Below are positions 1 to 7,877 of a stretch of 55,059 nucleotides of DNA, in pieces. Position 1 is the stretch's first letter. Every line of letters begins with the position of its first letter. The notes under the pieces are model-generated. The model ran no database searches. It saw only the letters and a list, made by a program, of their open reading frames with translations, and was not told the origin of the DNA. A program made the translations under genes and the position numbers. Where the stretch lies: the IMG/VR virus record IMGVR_UViG_3300045988_019667. One strand, 5' to 3'. The DNA comes from a virus.

Positions 1-141
1 CGACGAGACGTTCCACGTCATCGACGAGGACTACAACAAGATCACGCTTGCCAACGGCGCGGGCAATCAGCCAGTGCGTCTGGCCTACAAGGAGCAGACC
101 ATCTTCAACGCCGTGCTCCCTGTCCCGTCCGGTGTGTTGCC
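1..141. repeat. Terminal overlap, identical to 54919..55059
   Basis: Read directly: cgacgagacgttccacgtcatcgacgagg...ccggtgtgttgcc occurs at both ends. The offset of 54,918 is divisible by 3. Confidence 0.95.
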
Positions 142-1258
142 CGGCAGCAGCGACAACGTGCAGCGGTCCTACTTCATCACCGACGAGAGGGGAAACAAAA
201 TTGTCACACCGGAGGGCTACTACCTTGTGTGGGACACCGACGCCAATATGGCGAAAAAGGTTTCCTTGCAGGCGGGTGTTATCAACATCCCCGTTGTCTG
301 CGGCGAGATCACGACCGGAACACAGATCACCGTGACCGGCGTGACGCTCAACAGCGACAGCGGGGAGAGCTACACGGCAGGGAACGACAACGGAACGATG
401 CTCACCATCGACAGCAACCCATACGCCACACAGGGCATTTGCAATGACCTGTACGCAGCTTTTAACGGGCTGGTGTATTTACCCTTTACGGCGACAAAAT
501 CGCTGTACGACCCGGCTACGGAGCTGGGCGACCAAGTAAAAATCGGTGAGCTTGTCCACAGCGTCATGTTCAACGTCAAGCTGACCCTTGACCACAATTT
601 TCGGGCGGACATCGAAGCCCCGAACAGCGAAGAACTCAGTGAGGAATACCCGTATCTGTCCGAGGTGCAGCACCTGAAGCAGACCACGGAGGAACTGAAC
701 GGCGCGATTCAGAACGCCGCAAAGGAGCTGGCGGGCAAGGTCGATGATACCGCGCTGACGGCTGAGATCGAGCGCGCGCAGGGCGTGGAGGTCGCCCTCA
801 ATGAACGTATAGGCAGCGAGGAAACCCGTGCCAAAGGCGCAGAGGATGGCCTGTCCGAGCGCATAAAGAGCATTGAGGATTCTTCTCCCGGCGCTCTTGC
901 ACAGCGCGTCTCCGCGCTGGAAACCACCGTTTCGGGGCATACAAAATCCATCTCCGCGCTGAACACAGCGATTTCCAGCCATGCGTCGGACATCTCGCAG
1001 CTTGTGCAGCGTGTGCAAAACGCTGAGGGCGACATCGACGCGCTGCAATCCACCGTAGACGGGCATACGACAGCACTTTCGGAGGTGCAGGGCACCGTTG
1101 CCGACCTGCAAACGCGCCTGACCACCGCCGAGGGTACCGTTGCGGCGCATGACACCGCGATCTCGGAGCTTCAGACAAAGGTGTCCAATATTGAGGCTGC
1201 CCTAATCGACATCTACAACCGGCTGAACGCGCTTGACAGCGGCGGCACCGGAACTTAA
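1..1258 (+). CDS. Tail-tip protein, 3' part of the gene starting at 54305 (joined product 623 aa)
   Basis: Same frame as 54305 after subtracting 54,918; TAA at 1256..1258. The C-terminal third is heptad/coiled-coil repeat (ALNTAISSHASDISQLVQRVQNAEGDIDALQSTV...). Confidence 0.75.
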   Translation, partial: DETFHVIDEDYNKITLANGAGNQPVRLAYKEQTIFNAVLPVPSGVLPGSSDNVQRSYFITDERGNKIVTPEGYYLVWDTDANMAKKVSLQAGVINIPVVCGEITTGTQITVTGVTLNSDSGESYTAGNDNGTMLTIDSNPYATQGICNDLYAAFNGLVYLPFTATKSLYDPATELGDQVKIGELVHSVMFNVKLTLDHNFRADIEAPNSEELSEEYPYLSEVQHLKQTTEELNGAIQNAAKELAGKVDDTALTAEIERAQGVEVALNERIGSEETRAKGAEDGLSERIKSIEDSSPGALAQRVSALETTVSGHTKSISALNTAISSHASDISQLVQRVQNAEGDIDALQSTVDGHTTALSEVQGTVADLQTRLTTAEGTVAAHDTAISELQTKVSNIEAALIDIYNRLNALDSGGTGT

Positions 1259-1275
1259 CCATAAGGAGGAAGAAC

Positions 1276-4200
1276 ATGGCTGACAAAAGAATCGCTGATT
1301 TTGCGACGCTTGAGGAAGCACAGGACGACGATCTCCTGCTTGTCTCGTCCGAAGGCGAAACCTATAACATGAAATTTGGCACCTTCAAGGAGGCCGTGCG
1401 GGGCGACGCAGACCGTGCCGCTGCGGCAGCGGAGGCCGCCAAAGCCGCCGCCCAGCTCGCAACCGGCGTGTCTGACGAAGCCCTGAAAGCCGCCGAAGCT
1501 GCTGAAACCAAGGCGCAGGAAGCCAAAACGAAGGCGACGCAGGCAGCAGCCAACGCACAGGCGGCTGCGCAGTCCGCTAACTCCGCGCAGGAATCCGCCG
1601 CACGCTCTGAGCAGGCGCTTCTGGACGCAACGGAAGCCGTCGCATCTATCAATGAGTTTGCCGAGGATTTCAACAACCTGAAAACCACTGTAAAGGGCAA
1701 GGTTGACGACGCCTATGTTGAGGACGGCTACCTGTATATGACCGCCGACGACGAGGTCGTTGTCGGCCCGCTGGGGCCGTTCTCTGGCGGTGGTGGAGGC
1801 GGCGGCGGGGACGCTGGCTCCCTGATCCGAATTGTCAATAAGCTGACCTCGCGGGCGTTCTCCGTGATGAACGGCGCGACCGTCGAGATCAAATTCAACT
1901 GGACGTCCACCGATACTTCCGACGAACAGCCCACCGGCGATGGCTCGGCAACATGGCGCATCAACGGGACGAAGGTAGCTACACAGGCGGTGTCGCAGGG
2001 CGATTGCGCCTTCGACGTTACGAAGTACCTCACCCCCGCAAGCGCGAACACGATCAAGCTCACCATTGAGGACGCCTACGGCAATAGCAAGTCCTTCACA
2101 TGGACCGTCACCGTGTCCACCTATGATCTGGCGTGGAATCTTGGCACCCTTGCTTTCCACGGGTCCAGCGTACTTACTGTGCGCCTCACACCCACCGGAG
2201 AGGGCACGAAGACTATCCACATGACCGTGGACGGCACGGAGGCGTTTACGCGCGAAGTCACCACTACGGGGCGCTCCGTCACTGCGACGATTGACCCCAC
2301 GGCGCTTGAGTTGACGCACGGCGCACACACCGTCGAGGCGTGGCTTGAGGTCACAACGGGCGGCGAAGTCGTCACGACTACGCACCTGCGCCATGTCGGT
2401 ATCTGGACGAAATCGGACGACAATACGCCGGTTATCGCGGTGTATCAGAGCGCAATCGAAATCCAGCAGTTCGCCACTGGAAGCATCAATTACATGGTGT
2501 ATGACCCCACCAGCACCACGGCGACTGTCCGCCTACTGGAAGGCTACAATACCCTATCCACGCTGACCGTTGACCGCACCATCCAGACGTGGGCGTACCG
2601 TGCTACTACGGTCGGCACGATCAACCTCTCCATCCGCACCGGCGAGAGCGTCGTTGCGCCGATCACCGTCACCTGTACCTCTCTCGGCTATGACATCAAC
2701 CCTGTCACGACCGGCCTTGTCGTTGACCTCGATCCCACTGGACACAGCAACAGTGAGACGACCGCAAAGCAGTTCGGCTACAAGGACGGCGACGGCACGA
2801 ATCATCCGCTGACCTTCAGCTCCAATTTTGATTGGATCAACGGCGGATTTCAGATCGACACGGAAGGCGTTACCGGCTTTGTGGTTAAGCGCGGCACCTA
2901 CGTTCAGCTTGACCGCAGCCTGTTCAGCGACAACGCCGCGACCTCCGGCAAGGAAATCAAGGTCGTGTTCAAGGCTACCAACGTCCGCGACTATGACGCT
3001 GAGTTCCTGACCTGCGTATCTGGTGGCATTGGTCTGAAACTTCAGGCGCAGCAGGCGGTTTTCAGCTCTGAGTTGACCAACGTCGAAATCCCGTATTGCG
3101 AGGACCGCAAAATCGAGCTGGACGTCAGCATCGAAGCCAGCAACGAAAACAAGCTGGCCGTGGTCTGGCTTGAAGGCGTACCGTCCAGAGCGTTTGCGTA
3201 CACCGCAAATGATAACTGGATGCAGTCCGACCCGCAGAACGTGAAGATCGGCTCTGACGACTGCGACATCTGGATTTACCGTCTGAAGATGTACAGCCAT
3301 AGCCTCACGCGATACGAAATTCTCGACAACTTTGTTGCCGACTGCGGCAACACCACGGAAATGGTTGCCCGCTACCTCCGCAACCACATCTTCAACACGG
3401 ACGGCTCTATCAACGTCACTGAGCTGGCGGCGGCAAATCCGACGCTGCGTATTCTCAAGATCGGTGCCGACCGCATGACCGTTGGCAAGTCCGACGAAGT
3501 GGTCTGCACGGTCGATCTCGTCTATACGGACGGCGGCAGCACCTACAACTTCCACGCGACCGGCGTCATTATGAAGGGTCAGGGTACGTCCTCTGCTGCA
3601 TACGGCGAAGCCGCCCTCAACCTCGACCTTGATTTCAGCAAGGCTATTTGGGAGAACGGCGCGGGTGAGCGCATCGAGACGTTCGCCATGACCGAAAACG
3701 ACATTCCCGTGTCGTACTTCAATATCAAGCTGAATGTGGCGTCCAGCGAGAATGCGAACAACACTGTTCTGGCTGATGACTACAACAACTTCCAGCCCTT
3801 CCTGTCCGAAGGCCGCCGTGCTGACGCCCGCGTCCGTGATACCGTCAAGGGCTACCCCTGCGCCGTATTCTTCACCAACACCGGCACAAACGCCGTGAGC
3901 GTCGGCGCACGGTCTGTCGGCGCAGGCGCTACGATCCTGTATGGCAACGGCGACATGAACAACAGCAAAAAGAACTTTGCAGTGTTCGGTCAGACCGGCG
4001 AACGTCCGCTTCAGTGCTGCGTCGAGATTTCCAACAACATTGCCAGCCAGTGCCTGTTCAAGTCTGCTGACCTCACCGCCGAGACGTGGGACGGCAACGG
4101 TGCCTTTGAGTTCCGCTATCCCAAAAAACCCACCACAGAGATGAAGGCAGCATTCCAGACCATGCTGTCGTGGGTGGTTTCCACCGATACCACCGCTCCG

Positions 4201-6891
4201 ACCGGTAACGCGCTTAGCGCGCCCGTGACCTACGACGGGACGACCTACACGAACGACACGAAGGAGTACCGCGCGGCGAAGTTCAAGGCCGAGGTCGGCA
4301 ACTACTTCACCGTGGACAGCCTGCTTTACCACTACCTGTTCACCGAGCGCCACTGCATGATCGACAACCGTGCCAAGAACGTTTTCATCTCCTATGAGTA
4401 CGATCCTGACGTGCAGGACTACCGCTGGAACGTCTGCAAGGACTACGATAACGACACCGCAGACGGCAACGACAACGAAGGCGGTCTGACCTTCAGCTAC
4501 GGCCTTGAAGACACCGACAGCGTGGGCACCAAGCCTGTATTCAACGCCTCGTCCTCTGTGCTCTGGTGCAATGTCCGTGACTGCCTTGGCGCAGAGCTGG
4601 AAGCCATGTTCAAGGACCGAGAGGCGGCGGGTGCGTGGAGCGCCGAACGCATCCTTGCCAAATTTGCCGCGCATCAGGCGGCGCGCCCGGAAGCGTTGGT
4701 GGCCGAAGATATGTGGGGCAAATACTTCATGCCCTATATCAACAACGGCAACACCGCGTACATTGACATGATGCAGGGCAACAAGACCGACCAGCGTACC
4801 CAGTTCGAGACATACCAAGAGGGCTATATGTCCTCCAAGTATTACGGCTCTGTGGCCGTGAACGATAAAATTCAGTTCAGAGGCAACACCCCGAACGAGT
4901 GGGCGGGTGTCACGCCGACCGGCAACTTCTCCATCACCCCGTATGCCGACTGCTATATCATCGTCAAATACGGCTCCTACAGCGTCCGTAAGCGCGCGAA
5001 AAGAGGCACGGCATATGAGATCATCTGCCCCGTTCAGGAGGCGCTGAGCGACACGGAAATCTATGTCTACCTCGCTTCCAATGTGGTTGAGATCAGTTCC
5101 ATTGCCGGTCTGTACTGCCAGTTCATCGACCTTCAGGGCGCACGCCGTCTGCGCAGCTTCACCGCAGGCGCGGAGGCAGACGGTTACACGAACAAGAACC
5201 TGACGTCTATCAGCGTCGGCGCAAACACGCTGCTTGAGTACCTCGACCTGCGCGGTACGCCGGAGCTGAAGCAGGCACTTGACCTGTCCGCCCTCACCTC
5301 CCTGAAAACGCTTCTGCTGACCGGCAGCGGCATTACCGGCGTGACCTTCGCGCTGGGTGCTCCTGTCGAGACGGCCAAGCTCTGCCCGCTGAACAGCCTG
5401 ATTGCCCGGCAGCTCTCGCACCTGACCGCGTTTGCTATGGACGGCTCCAACCTCCGCACGATCTGGGTCGAGGACGCCGCAGCAATCGACACCTACGCGC
5501 TTGTGAGCGCTGCGGCAAGCCTCAGCCGTGGCCGCCTGCCGGACGTGGACTGGTCGATGAATGACGCCGACGTGCTGCTTCGCCTGAAAGACCTCGCCGG
5601 TCTGGACGAGACAGGCAACCCCGCTACGGATTTCGTCCTCAAGGGCGCAGCGCATATCGCCGTTGTGTCGCAGGCCGAGTTGACTACCATCATGGCGCGG
5701 TTCCTCGATCTGTCCGTGACCTACGATCAGATGGTCAGCTCCTGCACCGTCACATTCAAGAACTACGACGGCACAGTCCTGAATACGCAGACTGTCCGCA
5801 AGTACGGCGCGGCGAAAAACCCCATCACTGCCGGTCTGATCGACACGCCTGTCAAGCCCTCCACTGTCGATAAGGTGTTTACCTTCATTGGCTGGGATCA
5901 GCAGCTTACCTACATCCTCGAAGACCTCGTTGTGACGGCGCAGTATTCTGAGGCGACGCGGTATTACACCGTCCGTTGGTACAATGGCACTCAGCTTTTG
6001 CAGACTGACACTGTGGCGGCGCATGACGGCGTTTCCTTCCGTGGTGGTGAGCTGACGTCCTCCACCGGCTCTATCTGGATGGGCTGGGACGCGCTGACGA
6101 ACGATGTCACCAGCGACATTGACGTTCACGCAGTGTTCATTACGCCCACGCTGCCGGACACCGTAGCAACCAACTTCGACTACCTGTACAGCGACGACGC
6201 GAACGACAACAGCGGCTACACGCTGGCGGAGTTCTATGGCATCATGGAGACGGGCAAGGCGAAGGACTACTTCGCAGTCGGTGACAAGATCAAGATTGTT
6301 CCGACGACCACGGTATTTGCCGACACCTCTATCATCATGCAGGTCGCGGGCTTCAACCACTTCAAGAAGAAGGACAGCGACGATTTCGCCGGTGTCGTCT
6401 TTACCATGCTGGGCATTATGAACGCTACCCACCAGATGAACAGCCAGAACACCAACGTCGGCGGCTGGGCATCCTGCGGTATGCGGACGTGGCTCAATGA
6501 AACCATCTTTGCCGCGCTGCCGCGTCAGTGGCAGTCCATGATTAAGGTGGTTCAGGTGCGCTCCTCTGTCGGTGACACGAAGGCAGACATCAGCATCAGC
6601 AACGACCGCCTGTTCCTGCTGTCCCGCGCCGAAGTTGGCTTCAATGTCAGCGACGTACCCTACAAGGACGAGGTAGACCCCAACGCCGAAAACGTGACAT
6701 TCGCATTGTTCACCGACAACAATTCGCGTATCAAGAAAACGTACAACGGCACTGGTTCTGCTTCTCACTGGTGGCTGCGGTCGCCTGAGGCGTCCGGCTC
6801 GTCGTCTTTCGCCTATGTGCACTACCTCGGTTACAGCAGCACCAACACCGCGTCCAACTCCTACGGGGTGGCGTTCGGCTTCTGCATATAA
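1276..6891 (+). CDS. Giant tail fibre / receptor-binding protein, DGR target 1 (1871 aa)
   Basis: AAGGAGG RBS. Domains in order: Ala-rich coiled coil; Gly8 hinge; beta-rich middle with a tentative CotH-like stretch (FTERHCMIDNRAKNVFISYEYDP...DYDNDTADGNDNEGG); LRR-like segment (LEYLDLRGTPELKQALDLSALTSLKTLLLTGSGITGV); two Listeria/Bacteroides-type repeats (TVTFKNYDGTVL..FIGW; YTVRWYNGTQLL..WMGW); C-terminal WWLRSP...YGVAFGFCI lectin-like domain carrying VR1. Confidence 0.9.
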   Translation: MADKRIADFATLEEAQDDDLLLVSSEGETYNMKFGTFKEAVRGDADRAAAAAEAAKAAAQLATGVSDEALKAAEAAETKAQEAKTKATQAAANAQAAAQSANSAQESAARSEQALLDATEAVASINEFAEDFNNLKTTVKGKVDDAYVEDGYLYMTADDEVVVGPLGPFSGGGGGGGGDAGSLIRIVNKLTSRAFSVMNGATVEIKFNWTSTDTSDEQPTGDGSATWRINGTKVATQAVSQGDCAFDVTKYLTPASANTIKLTIEDAYGNSKSFTWTVTVSTYDLAWNLGTLAFHGSSVLTVRLTPTGEGTKTIHMTVDGTEAFTREVTTTGRSVTATIDPTALELTHGAHTVEAWLEVTTGGEVVTTTHLRHVGIWTKSDDNTPVIAVYQSAIEIQQFATGSINYMVYDPTSTTATVRLLEGYNTLSTLTVDRTIQTWAYRATTVGTINLSIRTGESVVAPITVTCTSLGYDINPVTTGLVVDLDPTGHSNSETTAKQFGYKDGDGTNHPLTFSSNFDWINGGFQIDTEGVTGFVVKRGTYVQLDRSLFSDNAATSGKEIKVVFKATNVRDYDAEFLTCVSGGIGLKLQAQQAVFSSELTNVEIPYCEDRKIELDVSIEASNENKLAVVWLEGVPSRAFAYTANDNWMQSDPQNVKIGSDDCDIWIYRLKMYSHSLTRYEILDNFVADCGNTTEMVARYLRNHIFNTDGSINVTELAAANPTLRILKIGADRMTVGKSDEVVCTVDLVYTDGGSTYNFHATGVIMKGQGTSSAAYGEAALNLDLDFSKAIWENGAGERIETFAMTENDIPVSYFNIKLNVASSENANNTVLADDYNNFQPFLSEGRRADARVRDTVKGYPCAVFFTNTGTNAVSVGARSVGAGATILYGNGDMNNSKKNFAVFGQTGERPLQCCVEISNNIASQCLFKSADLTAETWDGNGAFEFRYPKKPTTEMKAAFQTMLSWVVSTDTTAPTGNALSAPVTYDGTTYTNDTKEYRAAKFKAEVGNYFTVDSLLYHYLFTERHCMIDNRAKNVFISYEYDPDVQDYRWNVCKDYDNDTADGNDNEGGLTFSYGLEDTDSVGTKPVFNASSSVLWCNVRDCLGAELEAMFKDREAAGAWSAERILAKFAAHQAARPEALVAEDMWGKYFMPYINNGNTAYIDMMQGNKTDQRTQFETYQEGYMSSKYYGSVAVNDKIQFRGNTPNEWAGVTPTGNFSITPYADCYIIVKYGSYSVRKRAKRGTAYEIICPVQEALSDTEIYVYLASNVVEISSIAGLYCQFIDLQGARRLRSFTAGAEADGYTNKNLTSISVGANTLLEYLDLRGTPELKQALDLSALTSLKTLLLTGSGITGVTFALGAPVETAKLCPLNSLIARQLSHLTAFAMDGSNLRTIWVEDAAAIDTYALVSAAASLSRGRLPDVDWSMNDADVLLRLKDLAGLDETGNPATDFVLKGAAHIAVVSQAELTTIMARFLDLSVTYDQMVSSCTVTFKNYDGTVLNTQTVRKYGAAKNPITAGLIDTPVKPSTVDKVFTFIGWDQQLTYILEDLVVTAQYSEATRYYTVRWYNGTQLLQTDTVAAHDGVSFRGGELTSSTGSIWMGWDALTNDVTSDIDVHAVFITPTLPDTVATNFDYLYSDDANDNSGYTLAEFYGIMETGKAKDYFAVGDKIKIVPTTTVFADTSIIMQVAGFNHFKKKDSDDFAGVVFTMLGIMNATHQMNSQNTNVGGWASCGMRTWLNETIFAALPRQWQSMIKVVQVRSSVGDTKADISISNDRLFLLSRAEVGFNVSDVPYKDEVDPNAENVTFALFTDNNSRIKKTYNGTGSASHWWLRSPEASGSSSFAYVHYLGYSSTNTASNSYGVAFGFCI
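6761..6880 (+). other. DGR variable region VR1
   Basis: 120 nt collinear with TR 7540..7659. There are 11 mismatches, all at TR adenines (for example TR AAC AAC AAC versus VR1 CAC TAC CTC). It ends 9 nt before the stop codon of the fibre gene. Confidence 0.95.
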
Positions 6892-6905
6892 TCTGTGCAT
6901 CTTGG

Positions 6906-6935
6906 GTATCTGGCCCCCTTTGTGGGGCCAGATAC
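6906..6935 (+). promoter_or_regulatory. Perfect 12-bp GC-rich hairpin 25 nt downstream of VR1 (candidate DGR target-recognition hairpin and/or terminator)
   Basis: gtatctggcccc-ctttgt-ggggccagatac. It shares the GGCCCC/GGGGCC core with the hairpin after VR2. Confidence 0.6.
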
Positions 6936-7014
6936 TGGCGCACAGGCTTCCGACCTGCGCCCTATATCGCCGCGTAAGCGGCGCGCGAAAATTTTGATTT
7001 TCGGACTTTTCATA

Positions 7015-7043
7015 TGGAAAATGGGGGGGGCGTGTGATATAAT
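7015..7043 (+). promoter_or_regulatory. Putative DGR (avd-TR-RT) promoter with extended -10
   Basis: TGaTATAAT (TG 7035..7036, TATAAT 7038..7043) with a weak -35 TGGAAA 17 nt upstream. A G8 tract (7023..7030) lies in the spacer. It sits 31 nt upstream of the first avd start candidate. Confidence 0.5.
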
Positions 7044-7073
7044 ATATTTCACGAACTTTTCAGCAAAAATGAG

Positions 7074-7487
7074 GTGGTGCCCTTGTCTGTAATCAAAAGC
7101 AAGCGCTCTACGTCTGACATGGAGTTTCTGGCGACCGCAAGGAAGTTAGAAATTTACACGATTCAGAAATGCGTGAATTTCCCGAAGCGATACACCTTTT
7201 ATGTATCACAGCCCTTGGCCGCTGCGGCGACGCGCATTTATGAGGACGTGAAACGCGGTAACAGCATCTATCCGCTCAATCAGCATGAGGTCCAGATCAG
7301 GCGCGACTACTTCCTACACGCCAATGCTGAACTTCAGAGCATGATTTCCCAGCTTGAGGTGGCGCAGGAGCTGTTCGGTATCGAAATGGATACCCTGAAA
7401 TACTGGATGGACATTGTAGATACCGAAATCCGGCTCGTGAAAGCCGTACTGAAAAGCGACAGGGCGCGGTACAAAGACCTGCCCTGA
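7074..7487 (+). CDS. avd: Accessory variability determinant (Avd-like four-helix-bundle protein)
   Basis: 137 aa (122 aa if it starts at ATG 7119, MEFLATARKLE...). It lies between VR1 and TR. The helical sequence has the FPK..Y....Q...AA..I pattern typical of the Avd / 23S-rRNA-IVS protein family. Confidence 0.8.
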   Translation: MVPLSVIKSKRSTSDMEFLATARKLEIYTIQKCVNFPKRYTFYVSQPLAAAATRIYEDVKRGNSIYPLNQHEVQIRRDYFLHANAELQSMISQLEVAQELFGIEMDTLKYWMDIVDTEIRLVKAVLKSDRARYKDLP

Positions 7488-7539
7488 TAAGATCATAGGT
7501 TAAGCGCTGCACAAATTGCCAGTTCTTCGACGAGGTTGA

Positions 7540-7659
7540 CTTCTAACTGGTGGCTGCGGTCGCCTGAGGCGTCCGGCTCGTCGTCTTTCGCCAATGTGAA
7601 CAACAACGGTAACAGCAACAACAACAACGCGTCCAACTCCTACGGGGTGGCGTTCGGCT
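7540..7659 (+). ncRNA. DGR template region (TR)
   Basis: AAC/AAT-rich (AAT GTG AAC AAC AAC GGT AAC AGC AAC AAC AAC AAC GCG TCC AAC). Identical to VR1 and VR2 at every non-adenine position. Non-coding copy of the VR. Confidence 0.93.
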
Positions 7660-7877
7660 CCTCTCGTGCCAGACAGAGTAGCTTTCGGAGTGAAATCCGT
7701 GCAGAGTGGAGAGAAGGAGTGCTTGACCTTCCTGCAAAGGTAAATATATGCCCTGATGCGTCCGGGCGGACGCTGCTTGCATGGTACGGATTGCAGGTCA
7801 TTCCGTATTTCATGCCCGGTGACGCTATGTGCCTACTGCAACCTGCCAACAGGCATACGGGGCAAGCGAGGTTTCTT

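Noticed and set aside
1786-1812. GGC/GGT-rich run (Gly8), and the similar run in the tape measure gene at about 51355..51380, as slippage or contingency sites
   Set aside because: They are mixed GGC/GGT/GGA/GGG codons rather than homopolymers or perfect triplet repeats. They encode plausible flexible linkers.
2554-6900. 1448-aa ORF on the minus strand, antisense to the tail fibre gene
   Set aside because: It is a shadow ORF typical of high-GC DNA. Its composition is Arg/Gly/Ala/Val-rich and low-complexity, it has no RBS, and it lies entirely inside a well-supported + strand gene with recognisable domains.
6895-7092. 65-aa ORF in the gap between the fibre gene and avd
   Set aside because: It has no RBS, it overlaps the VR1 hairpins and the predicted promoter, and its composition is not protein-like.
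7536-7877. N-terminal 114-aa extension of the RT ORF (TTG start) that would translate the TR as WWLRSPEASGSSSFANVNNNGNSNNNN...
   Set aside because: The frame is open only because the TR is a copy of coding sequence. There is no RBS, and an ATG at 7878 starts a normal-length RT (385 aa). The TR and spacer are expected to act as RNA.
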